A stretch of DNA of 64,000 nucleotides from Sedimentisphaerales bacterium (GTDB lineage: Bacteria > Planctomycetota > Phycisphaerae > Sedimentisphaerales > Anaerobacaceae): positions 3,360,001 to 3,424,000 of the forward strand of contig OY970194.1 in the NCBI GenBank assembly GCA_963708075.1, given 5' to 3'. This document shows positions 28,756 through 39,849 of the stretch, in pieces (position 1 is the stretch's first letter; every line of letters starts with the position of its first letter). The translations under genes and the position numbers were made by a program. Below the pieces are notes generated by a model. That model was given only the letters and a program-made list of their open reading frames with translations, was not told where the DNA came from and did not search any database.

Positions 28756-30174
28756 ATGATCGGCTTGATCGTACGCAAGGAAGTCATGGAGAACCTGCTC
28801 AGTCTGCGTTTTGCACTGTCACTGCTGCTCGTTGTCGCCACCTTTGCCGTCGGTGGATTTGCATTCGTCAGCAAGTACGAGCAGCAGGTGCAGGATTACT
28901 CGGTGGATAGTAACCGGAGCCTGACGAACCTGCGAGACCGAACGACCAGACTTTATCGAGTGGCGTTCCATCAGCAGGAGATCTACCGGGCGCCGAAGCC
29001 TCTGACGCTCTGCGTCGAAGGGTTTGAGAAATCGATCCCGAACTACTATCGGCTCAATGCATTCTCCAGAGACTGCCCCGAGATCAAGGGACGCACCAAC
29101 GCATTGTTGTTCGGGTTCTGCGACGTGGACTGGGTGTTCATCGTTTCGCTATTCCTAAGCTTCGGCGCGCTGGTCTTCTCGCACGACAGTCTCTGCGGGG
29201 AGAAGGAGAAGGGGACTCTGGCCCTGCTGCTGGCGGGCTCTGTGTCTCGCTACAAAATCCTTCTCGGCAAGTACATTGCGGCCATGCTGACCCTCGGCAT
29301 CCCCCTGCTCCTGGGCGTCCTGATGAGTCTGCTCATTGTGACTCATTCCAAAGCCGTGGCGATCCACGCGGGTGAATGGCTGAAGATCCTGACCATCATG
29401 CTCATGTCCTTTCTGTACCTTTCCGTCTTCGTGTTGCTGGGCATGTTTGTCTCGAGCCGGGCAAAACGCTCCGTGATCAGCATGGTGATCCTGCTGTTTG
29501 TCTGGGTTGGCCTGGTTATGGTCGTTCCGAGTTCCGGCCGGACGATTGCCCAGGCATTCCGCACCGTGCCGACCCAGGCGGAGCTACAGAAGGAGATCAA
29601 CGATGCCATGGGTCGATTGTGGAACGATTGCGTGGCGGGCAAGTACGGGGAGAAAGCCGGCACGGCTACGCCCAATGTGAACGAGTGCGATCCCCCGGCG
29701 CGGGCACAGTGGAGAAACGACGCATCGGAGCAGAGGAACCGGATGATCGACGAGCACGTCAATCGGATGATCGCCCAGGTGACCATCGGCCGCCAGTTCA
29801 CACGCGTCTCACCCGCGGAGATATACAGGCAGGCGTGCGAAATCATCGCCGGGACCGGCGTCCAACGCTTCTCGCAATTGTGCCGGCAGAGGGCCCGGTA
29901 CCAGGACGAGCTTAGAGAGTACATTTGCAGCCGGGACAGTGAGGACCCTGCCAGTCTTCACCTGCCGTCCGACGACAACTACGCAGCCGGCGCATGGAAA
30001 ACGATCTCTCATGCGAGGGTCGATTTTGACACGGTGCCGAAATTCCACGAGCGTGACCTGGCGCTGGGCGAATCGCTGAAACTGGCCGTCTGGGACATCG
30101 GACTGCTAGTCCTGTTCAATCTCGCCTTTTTCGCCGCGGCTTTCGTATCGTTCTCACACTACGATGTGCGGTGA
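28756..30174 (+). CDS. ABC-2-type permease, paralogue B2
   Basis: 'IVRKEVMENLLSLRF', 'CGEKEKGTL', shares 'GKYGEKAG..TPN..EC.P.ARA' and 'LGESLKLAVWD' with B1, ends 'HYDVR'. Confidence 0.85.
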   Translation: MIGLIVRKEVMENLLSLRFALSLLLVVATFAVGGFAFVSKYEQQVQDYSVDSNRSLTNLRDRTTRLYRVAFHQQEIYRAPKPLTLCVEGFEKSIPNYYRLNAFSRDCPEIKGRTNALLFGFCDVDWVFIVSLFLSFGALVFSHDSLCGEKEKGTLALLLAGSVSRYKILLGKYIAAMLTLGIPLLLGVLMSLLIVTHSKAVAIHAGEWLKILTIMLMSFLYLSVFVLLGMFVSSRAKRSVISMVILLFVWVGLVMVVPSSGRTIAQAFRTVPTQAELQKEINDAMGRLWNDCVAGKYGEKAGTATPNVNECDPPARAQWRNDASEQRNRMIDEHVNRMIAQVTIGRQFTRVSPAEIYRQACEIIAGTGVQRFSQLCRQRARYQDELREYICSRDSEDPASLHLPSDDNYAAGAWKTISHARVDFDTVPKFHERDLALGESLKLAVWDIGLLVLFNLAFFAAAFVSFSHYDVR

Positions 30175-30196
30175 TAGGTCGGTGTGCCACCGTGGC

Positions 30197-32174
<1,978 letters not shown>

Positions 32175-32320
32175 CCTGGTCCCATCCACGAACGCCTGTC
32201 AACCATTCCCCACGCCTGCCCACACCAGATGGCGATCCTATCGCGCCGACCCGCGAGGATCAAGATGAATCGATGTGGGGAGCCCATCTACGGCTGGCAC
32301 CCGGCCAATGACTCTATCGA

Positions 32321-33943
32321 CTATTCGTAAAGGATGGGATTCGTACGCCAGTCTTTGTCCTTGTCGTGAGCCCAGTTCAGGACGCGGGGGCGACGCTCGC
32401 GCAGGCGGACGGACTCGATGCCGAGATAATAGCCGCTGGAGGAGGCGTTTTTGCCGACGCATTCCAGCCGCAGGGTATACTTGCCGGGGTCGGGCCAGAA
32501 ATCCAGCAAATGGTGCTCGCGCGTGGAGGTCTCACGACCGTAAAGGTCTATGACTCCGCCCAACTTCACGCCGTTGAGGGAAGCCTGGTACTGGCCGTAG
32601 TCGTAGGAGTGCGTCATTACGAGCAGGAGGCGCTTCGGCTCCTTCTTCTCGACCTCGAAGGGGATCTCCACCCATGCGTTCTCCTGCTGCTGCGGCTTAT
32701 AGAACAGATGGCCGCTGGGATAGAGGTCCAGATTCTGCGCGACTGCCTCGCCCGGGCCGTGATATGGGTCGGCCGCGTAGTCACGAGCGCCGATGATCCG
32801 GTCCAGGTTCGGCAGCGTGCGCTCGCGGGCGTGCGGGGCGCGGGCCGTGAACGTGGGCTCGCCCGCCTGGTACCAGAACGCGACGCTCGAAAAATCGTCC
32901 TCGCGCTCGTTCCAACTGTGGGACTTATACTGCGGGTTCTCATCGGGTGACATCCAGCCCCAGTGCTCGAACGTCACCTTGATGCCCTTGTTGAAGACAA
33001 GCGGGTCGTTGACGTGCCAGCGATAGGCGGAGGTGTGCCCACCCACGATGCCCCACTGATCGAAGTACGGCACGCCGAAATAGGGCGTGCTGGTGGTCTT
33101 GAGTCCCCAGGCGGAGAGGAAGTAATCCTCCGTGCCGGTGCCCCATATAGAGGCCCTATCTTCGCCGTCGATGTAGATCTTCTCGTCGCCCTCGCCGAAC
33201 CACGAGGGGCTGCGGGTCCGCACGCTCAGGACCGTGCCGACGTAGTGTCCCTTGCCCCGCGTCTCCAGGAGCACATAGTCCTTGCCCTTCTGAAGGGGGT
33301 ACTCCTGCCGATACTGTGCATAAAAGTACGGCGTGTTCTTGGGGATGCGATCCTTTTTGATCCAGTCGATGTTATAGTAGAGCAGGCTGATCGGCTTTTC
33401 GCTTTCGTTGACGACCTCGATCCGGGCCGACTTGCGGAACGGCATGTGCCAGAAGCAGTTGTAGGAGTCGGCGTCCTCGACGATCACCGGCAGACTGACG
33501 ATCTCGCTGCGTCTGCCGAAGCTGTTGGCGAAGAAGTCACCGACGGGGGCCTCCACGGCAGGCCGGGGATTGCCGTCCCAGTACATGCGAAGCAGCATCT
33601 CCTGGTGATTGGCCGAGCCGTTTTTCGCCCACGGGTGCGGCTCGGGACCGAGGAACGTCATCCAGATGTGCGTGATGACGCCGGGACCTTTGGCATCCAG
33701 GAGGATCTTCCTCCGGCCGGGAGCGACATTGCTGTTGTCGCTATTGCTGTTTGGGTCGGGCACGCCGTTCGGATCGCGCTTGCCGTCCGCCCCGATCTTG
33801 GCTGTCGAGGTCGCCCGCATGCTCCGGCCCTCGTGCGGCCGGGCCAAGTCCGCCAGGAAGTCGGCAAAGCAGACCCCGCAACTCAGAAGGCAGAACACCG
33901 AACCAATCATAAACGATGCGAATCGACTGCTAGTGTGACTCAT
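32321..33943 (-). CDS. Secreted DUF2961 (GH172-like) protein with C-terminal beta-sandwich extension
   Basis: 'GPGVITHIWMT', 'PVGDFF', 'NCFWHMPF', 'GHYVG', 'WFGEGDEKIYIDG', 'GTGTEDYF', 'SSVAFWYQ'. Confidence 0.85.
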   Translation of the reverse strand: MSHTSSRFASFMIGSVFCLLSCGVCFADFLADLARPHEGRSMRATSTAKIGADGKRDPNGVPDPNSNSDNSNVAPGRRKILLDAKGPGVITHIWMTFLGPEPHPWAKNGSANHQEMLLRMYWDGNPRPAVEAPVGDFFANSFGRRSEIVSLPVIVEDADSYNCFWHMPFRKSARIEVVNESEKPISLLYYNIDWIKKDRIPKNTPYFYAQYRQEYPLQKGKDYVLLETRGKGHYVGTVLSVRTRSPSWFGEGDEKIYIDGEDRASIWGTGTEDYFLSAWGLKTTSTPYFGVPYFDQWGIVGGHTSAYRWHVNDPLVFNKGIKVTFEHWGWMSPDENPQYKSHSWNEREDDFSSVAFWYQAGEPTFTARAPHARERTLPNLDRIIGARDYAADPYHGPGEAVAQNLDLYPSGHLFYKPQQQENAWVEIPFEVEKKEPKRLLLVMTHSYDYGQYQASLNGVKLGGVIDLYGRETSTREHHLLDFWPDPGKYTLRLECVGKNASSSGYYLGIESVRLRERRPRVLNWAHDKDKDWRTNPILYE

Positions 33944-34037
33944 ACTCCCACTCCACAAAGGTACTTTCCAAGTATTGTCATCGCAGGAAGACCCTAGGCA
34001 AGCTGCGTTTGCCGCCGCCCCCGGCCGTGGACAAGAA

Positions 34038-34067
34038 CATGCTTACGCAAGCGTAAGTATGGCACCC
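34038..34067. repeat. Second copy of the CATGCTTACGC-A/G-AGCGTAAG palindromic repeat
   Basis: CATGCTTACGCAAGCGTAAGTATGGCACCC versus CATGCTTACGCGAGCGTAAGCATGGCGCCC at 1536-1565 (3 differences in 30). Confidence 0.75.
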
Positions 34068-34086
34068 ATTCCAGTCCTTCGTCAAC

Positions 34087-35547
34087 TCAGTCGTCCGATT
34101 CTTCGCCATCGGGCAGGGCCTCGGTGCCGAGGTCGATCAGGCTCATGCCCTTGATCTCAGGCAGCGAGCGGCCGATGATACCCTGGAGATCGCCGTAAAG
34201 GCCGGAGGTGCTGAAGAGGACGCGGTCGAGCTGCTTTTCTCGCTTCTTCCAGCGGGCAATCAAGACACGCCTCTCGGCCTCAAGATCCTGCCGCATCGTT
34301 ATGAAGGCTTCGACAATGCCAGAGACGCGGTTGTAGAACTCCTGGCCGATCAGGTAGTCGTACACCAGTTCCATCTTCCCGTGCTGTCCTTCGAGGGCCC
34401 GGCGGTTTTTCGCGACGGCGACAAGACCCTCGCGAAGCGCGATTGCCACAGGATGGATACAAGCCCAGCTCACGACCCAGACACCATCGACTTGGCCGAA
34501 GTGCCGCACGTGGTCAGGCAGTTGCTCGCTGACGATCACCGAACGCGAGGCGCCGACCGTCCGCAGATCGTCCCGCAGCTTGGGCAGCCACTGGGGGGAC
34601 CAGTGTCTTGTCCGCTTGGACTCCCACAGAATCAGGCCGCAGTCTGTCCCACTCTCATCAAGCACGCGTTGAATGACATCCGCGCCGTGGACGCCCTTGG
34701 GCACCGGCTCAATGGAGTCGGTCGGGAACAACTCCTTAAGCAATTGCTCCAGTGCCACCTCCATCACCTCACCCTGGGCCTGTTGCGAACCTTGCTCCGC
34801 CTTGCGCTTCATCTCGTCGATCTGCCGAAGGAGCCCTTCGACTTTCTGCTCGTTCTCCAGAAGCTTGAGCCTATATTGCTCGTCCAGCTCCTTGAGGGCT
34901 ACCTGGCGGACCTTCTCCAACTCCTGCCGCAATTTCCTCTCCACCTCCAGATCGGCGTTCCTGAGCTTCTCTTCCAGATCCCGCTTCTCCTTAAGGTAGG
35001 TAAGCTCCTTCTGGCTGGCCTGCTGGACCTTCGCCTGCAACTCGACCAGGGCCGCCGCACGGTCCTTCAACTCGACAGAAAGCTCTTCTTTGGCCTTGTC
35101 GCGGGTCTGCCGGATCAGTTCGGCGCGTTCCGCCTCCAGCTTCCCGCGCAGGTCCTGTTCAAGCTCAAGCCGCTGCTGGTCGAGTTGGGACCTGAGTTGA
35201 TCGACCTCCCGCTCCTTCTTGCGGACTGCCAGTTCTTTCTCCTGGGCGTTTTTGAGCTGCTCCTTCATCTCACTGAGCTGCTCTTCCCGATCCTTGAGCT
35301 CGATGTGCATCTGCTCGCGGATCTTGTGTTCGAGCGACTTGCGCCCCTCGTTGAGCTTTGCCTGGACTTGTTGCTCGATGGCTTCGGCCTGACGACGAAG
35401 CTCCTCCTGCTGGGCCTTGAGCCGCTCCCGGGCCGCGTTCAACTCCGCCTCCAGCTCGTTTCGGATGCTCGCCCGCAGTTGAGCCGACATGACCTCGGTG
35501 ATCTCAATCTGGATCTTGCAGTTCGGGCAAACGATATTGCTGCTCAT
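34087..35547 (-). CDS. DUF2130 domain-containing coiled-coil protein
   Basis: N-terminal 'CPNC', long coiled coil, 'GSQQAQGEVME', 'VPKGVHGADVIQ', 'ILWESKRT..WS..WL.KL'. Confidence 0.85.
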   Translation of the reverse strand: MSSNIVCPNCKIQIEITEVMSAQLRASIRNELEAELNAARERLKAQQEELRRQAEAIEQQVQAKLNEGRKSLEHKIREQMHIELKDREEQLSEMKEQLKNAQEKELAVRKKEREVDQLRSQLDQQRLELEQDLRGKLEAERAELIRQTRDKAKEELSVELKDRAAALVELQAKVQQASQKELTYLKEKRDLEEKLRNADLEVERKLRQELEKVRQVALKELDEQYRLKLLENEQKVEGLLRQIDEMKRKAEQGSQQAQGEVMEVALEQLLKELFPTDSIEPVPKGVHGADVIQRVLDESGTDCGLILWESKRTRHWSPQWLPKLRDDLRTVGASRSVIVSEQLPDHVRHFGQVDGVWVVSWACIHPVAIALREGLVAVAKNRRALEGQHGKMELVYDYLIGQEFYNRVSGIVEAFITMRQDLEAERRVLIARWKKREKQLDRVLFSTSGLYGDLQGIIGRSLPEIKGMSLIDLGTEALPDGEESDD

Positions 35548-35572
35548 GCCACGCCGCCTTCAATAGTTGTCA

Positions 35573-35593
35573 GTGGGGCAAGCCCCACCCTGC
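35573..35593 (-). repeat. REP-like palindrome variant
   Basis: Minus strand GCAGGGTGGGGCTTGCCCCAC: a GTAG-like cap plus GTGGGGC/GCCCCAC stem, intergenic. Confidence 0.5.
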
Positions 35594-35760
35594 CTCTGCC
35601 GACAACCCAGTTTATGCGGACGCATCGGGGGCACTCCCTCCCCAACGATCGCCGCAAAGCCGGCGCTAAAGGTATGTGCCACACCCCCTCGTTGTCAAGG
35701 AAATCCCCAGTTTCCACAGAGATAGCGTGCGGCTGAATTGTGGCACAAGGAAATGAGCCA

Positions 35761-36093
35761 TCAGGCCATGAAGCCACCGATGATGGCGCCGAGGAGCAAT
35801 GGGCCGATGATGGCACCGGCCACGGCTATGAACGTCGCTACTCCGGTGATGGCTCCGATGACAGGAAGGCCGACGACCGCCCCAAAGACCACGACGAAGG
35901 CTGCAACCGCCACAGCAGGCAGAAACGCCGCGAGGATCGCCGCTCCTACACCCCCGGCCCGCCTGCCGCCGACGATCCCGGCGAGCAGCGGTCCAATGAA
36001 GGGCAGCCAGAACAGCAGAAGCGAAATCACGAACATCCAGATGGCGCCCGCCACCACACTGCCTCTATTGCGACCCACACCTCGATTCGCCAT
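35761..36093 (-). CDS. Small Gly-rich integral membrane protein
   Basis: 'LFWLPFIGPLLAGIVGG', several hydrophobic helices, GGGAGG RBS upstream of ATG 36093. Confidence 0.7.
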   Translation of the reverse strand: MANRGVGRNRGSVVAGAIWMFVISLLLFWLPFIGPLLAGIVGGRRAGGVGAAILAAFLPAVAVAAFVVVFGAVVGLPVIGAITGVATFIAVAGAIIGPLLLGAIIGGFMA

Positions 36094-36267
36094 GGCGTTC
36101 CTCCCGTCTGGCACAGCAAGAACACTTCTGTCGCCCGATTGAGATCAGGCGGCTCGGCGGACGACCTGCAGTAACCGCACAGCATCGTACGCCTCTATCT
36201 CTACAGTCGCGATTGGGCAAGGGATACGTCAGGGTTTTCCTGTTTTCGCACCATCGGGAGTGAGGCA

Positions 36268-36609
36268 TCAGGCGGCCGGGCACGGCTTCTCGCCCAGGCG
36301 TCGCAGACGGTTGATGGCCTTGACCATGAGGAAGACCGCCCAGGCGATAATGAGGAACTCGACCACCACCTGGATGAAGTTGCCGTATTTCAACTCTACT
36401 GTGGTGGCCGGGTCCGTCCCCTGCTTGAGCACAATGGCGAGCGCTTTGAAATCGACGCCTCCGATCAGGAGCCCCAGGGGAGGCATGAGCACATCGTTCA
36501 CCAGGGAGTTGACGATCTTGGTGAACGCGGCTCCGATGACGATGCCCACCGCCAGGTCTATGACATTCCCTTTGACAGCAAACTCTCTGAATTCCCTCAG
36601 CATGCTCAT
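36268..36609 (-). CDS. mscL: Large-conductance mechanosensitive channel
   Basis: '[41 protein letters not shown]', 'YGNFIQ...FLIIA'. Confidence 0.95.
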   Translation of the reverse strand: MSMLREFREFAVKGNVIDLAVGIVIGAAFTKIVNSLVNDVLMPPLGLLIGGVDFKALAIVLKQGTDPATTVELKYGNFIQVVVEFLIIAWAVFLMVKAINRLRRLGEKPCPAA

Positions 36610-36903
36610 TTCGCTATCCCCCTTAAATAGCATTCTGTCCGGGCTTCCTGCCTGCCGGAACCGCCGTGCGGACACCTTGTACCCTCGCGATGCCGCATGG
36701 ACAATTCTAACAGGTTTTGGGGGAGCCGGGACAGATTTGCTTGCCACGCAAAAGGACCGCCAATAGACTGCTGTGAGCTTGGAGGGCAAGGCAGAAGGGC
36801 TCCGGACCTGGGGACCATTTGAAAAGGTAGAAGCGTTTTGTAGACTGCATGTGCCTTAGGGACAGTGCTCGAGGGCAGTGGCAATAGTACGATCAGGAGT
36901 TGC

Positions 36904-39726
36904 ATGATGGCGCGGTGGTGGCATTTGGACGTTGAGCGTATGGCGAAGGAGCTTGAGACCGATCTCTCTTCGGGCTTGAGTTCCGGCGAGGCGGCCGGTC
37001 GCATCGAGAAGTACGGCCGCAACCAGTTGAAGGAGGCCCCGAAACGCGCGGCGTGGGGGATCTTTCTGGATCAGTTCAAAGACTTCGTGATCTGGGTCCT
37101 GATTGGCGCCGCGGTCGTATCGGGCTTTCTGCAGGAGGTCGTCGATGCGATTGCCATCATCGCCATCGTCATTCTCAATGCCGTCCTCGGCTTCATCCAG
37201 GAATACCGGGCCGAGCAATCACTGGCGGCTTTGAAGAAGCTGTCCTCTCCGACGAGTAAGACCATCCGTGACGGCAAGCACCAGATCCTCGGGTCCGAGG
37301 AACTCGTCCCCGGCGATTTGGTCGAGCTGGAGGCGGGCGATAGCGTGCCCGCCGATGGCCGCGTGGCATGGCTGACGTCCAACTTCAGCACACAGGAGGC
37401 CAGCCTGACGGGCGAATCGACGCCGGTGGTCAAGACGGCGGCAGCGCTGGATGAGCGGGACACACCTCTGGCGGACCGGGCCAACATGATCTATCTGGGC
37501 ACATCGATCGCCTCCGGCCGGGCCAGGGCCGTGGTGACCGAGACCGGCATGCAGACCGAGCTCGGCAAGATTGCCGGGATGATCCAGGAGATCGAGGAGG
37601 AGACCACACCGCTCCAGAAGAGGCTCGAGCAATTCGGCAAATGGATCGTGTACTTGTGCTTCGTGCTTGTGGCGATGGTGTTCGCTCTGCAATGGTGGCG
37701 AGGGAGCGAGCTGATGCAATCGTTCCTGACGGCCGTAAGCCTGGCGGTCGCCGCCATACCGGAAGGACTGCCTGCGGTCGTGACCATTGCTTTGGCGCTG
37801 GGCGTGCAGCGGATGGTGAAGCGCCATGTGCTGATCCGCCGGCTGCGGTCGGTCGAGACCCTCGGCAGCGCCACGGTGATCTGCTCGGACAAAACCGGCA
37901 CCCTGACCAAGAACGAGATGACGGTCCAGGCGATGTACGCCGGCGAGCATTTGTTCAAGGTGACGGGAATCGGCTATGCTCCCACGGGCGAGTTTCGCCT
38001 GGACGACAGGAAGATCGCGCCGCAGGACTATCCGGACCTGATGCAGGCCCTGCGCATCGGGGTGCTGTGCAACGGCGCGCAACTGAACGAGGACCGCGGC
38101 ACGTACAAGATCGTGGGCGATCCGACGGAGGCCTCGCTTTTGACGGTCGCCGGCAAGGCCGGCCTGCGGAGGCAGCAGGAGGAACAGAAAGCTTCATTCG
38201 TCGATGAGCTGCCGTTCGACTCGGAGCGCAAGAAGATGACGGTTGTGCGCAAGACCGGCAGTCATCGCGTGGCTTTCATCAAGGGAGCGCCGGACGTGCT
38301 GCTGGGCGATTGCGTGAACATTCAGATCAATGGGGTCGTGCGGCCGTCGACCGCGGAGGACTGCAAACGTATCCTGGCCGTGAACAACAGCCTGACCGAT
38401 CAGGCGATGCGAGTCCTCGGCGTGGCGTACCGGGACCTCGGCGCCGCCACGGCCAGACCCGAGATCGGCACAACCGAGAAGGAGTTGACGTTCGTCGGGC
38501 TGGTCGCGATGATCGATCCGCCGCGAGAAGAGGTCAAACAGGCGATCAAGGAGTGCATAAGCGCCGGCATCAAGACCGTTATGATCACGGGCGACCACAA
38601 AAATACCGCCACGGCCATTGCCAAACAATTGGGTTTCTTCGGGGCCGATTCCATCGCACTATCCGGCGAGGAGCTGGACCGCTGGAGCCAGGAGCAGCTC
38701 GAAAGACAGGTCGACAAGATCCCCGTCTATGCCCGCGTGTCGCCGGAACACAAGCTACGGGTCGTCCGGGCGTGGCGAGCCCGACGCGAGGTCGTGGCCA
38801 TGACGGGCGATGGCGTGAACGACGCCCCGGCGGTGAAAGAGGCTGACATCGGCGTGGCGATGGGCATTACCGGCACGGATGTCACCAAGCAGGTCTCCGA
38901 CATGGTCGTCACCGATGACAACTTCGCATCTATCGTGTCGGCAGTCGAGGAAGGCCGCGGTATCTACGACAATATCCAAAAATTCGTGCACTACCTGCTC
39001 TCGTGCAACGCCGGCGAGATTCTCGTCATGTTCATCAGCTCCCTGGTTGGCCTGCCTGTGCCGCTGCTGCCGATCCAGATCCTATGGATAAACCTGGTGA
39101 CAGATGGCCTGCCGGCGCTGGCCTTGGGCGTGGACCCGGTGGCGAAGGACATCATGAAGAGGCGGCCGCGGAGTCCTGACGAGCCCGTGGTAACGCGAGG
39201 CAGGCTCGGGCTGATCCTGTGGCAGGGCTTCGTCATCTCCCTGTGCAGCCTGACCGCCTTCTGCTACATCTACTACGTGGAAGACCGATGGTCGGTGGGG
39301 CAGGTCTTCGCCGCCCTGGGCACCTTCGACATCGACCGGCTACGGGCGATCTTCACAGTGCCGACTGAAATGCGGGAGGAAATACTCGCTCACGCCCGGT
39401 CGATGGCATTCGTCGTGCTCGCGTTCTCCCAGGATTTCCATTCGTACAACTGCCGAAGCCAGACGACGTCACTCTTCAAGCTCGGCGTGTTCAGCAACAG
39501 AAAGCTGATCGGCGCCACGTCCGTCTCGATCATCCTGAACATGTCGGCCCTGTACCTGCCCTTCTTCCAGGGTGTGTTGAAGACAAAACCGCTGACCGCT
39601 CCAGAGCTTGCCATTGTGCTCTGCGCCGCATCAACGCCGTTCTGGACGATGGAACTGGTCAAACTGATCAGGCGTCTGACCGGTCGAAACGCCGAGCAGT
39701 ACCCGCAGCCGGAACTCGCATCCTGA
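36904..39726 (+). CDS. P-type ATPase, type IIA (Ca2+/cation-transporting)
   Basis: 'LTGES', 'IPEGLP', 'CSDKTGTLT', 'KGAPD', 'MITGDH', 'TGDGVNDAP', 'SCNAGE', 'NLVTDG'. Confidence 0.93.
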   Translation: MMARWWHLDVERMAKELETDLSSGLSSGEAAGRIEKYGRNQLKEAPKRAAWGIFLDQFKDFVIWVLIGAAVVSGFLQEVVDAIAIIAIVILNAVLGFIQEYRAEQSLAALKKLSSPTSKTIRDGKHQILGSEELVPGDLVELEAGDSVPADGRVAWLTSNFSTQEASLTGESTPVVKTAAALDERDTPLADRANMIYLGTSIASGRARAVVTETGMQTELGKIAGMIQEIEEETTPLQKRLEQFGKWIVYLCFVLVAMVFALQWWRGSELMQSFLTAVSLAVAAIPEGLPAVVTIALALGVQRMVKRHVLIRRLRSVETLGSATVICSDKTGTLTKNEMTVQAMYAGEHLFKVTGIGYAPTGEFRLDDRKIAPQDYPDLMQALRIGVLCNGAQLNEDRGTYKIVGDPTEASLLTVAGKAGLRRQQEEQKASFVDELPFDSERKKMTVVRKTGSHRVAFIKGAPDVLLGDCVNIQINGVVRPSTAEDCKRILAVNNSLTDQAMRVLGVAYRDLGAATARPEIGTTEKELTFVGLVAMIDPPREEVKQAIKECISAGIKTVMITGDHKNTATAIAKQLGFFGADSIALSGEELDRWSQEQLERQVDKIPVYARVSPEHKLRVVRAWRARREVVAMTGDGVNDAPAVKEADIGVAMGITGTDVTKQVSDMVVTDDNFASIVSAVEEGRGIYDNIQKFVHYLLSCNAGEILVMFISSLVGLPVPLLPIQILWINLVTDGLPALALGVDPVAKDIMKRRPRSPDEPVVTRGRLGLILWQGFVISLCSLTAFCYIYYVEDRWSVGQVFAALGTFDIDRLRAIFTVPTEMREEILAHARSMAFVVLAFSQDFHSYNCRSQTTSLFKLGVFSNRKLIGATSVSIILNMSALYLPFFQGVLKTKPLTAPELAIVLCAASTPFWTMELVKLIRRLTGRNAEQYPQPELAS

Positions 39727-39849
39727 TATCGGATAAAGCCAGTTGCGTGGGATGAGTCGCACCCGGACATTGAACTGACGGTTCCTTCACGCGTACTTGG
39801 GGGGGTACACGAAAGAGAGACCGGGGTTCAGCAGCAGGAGACAGCGTCT

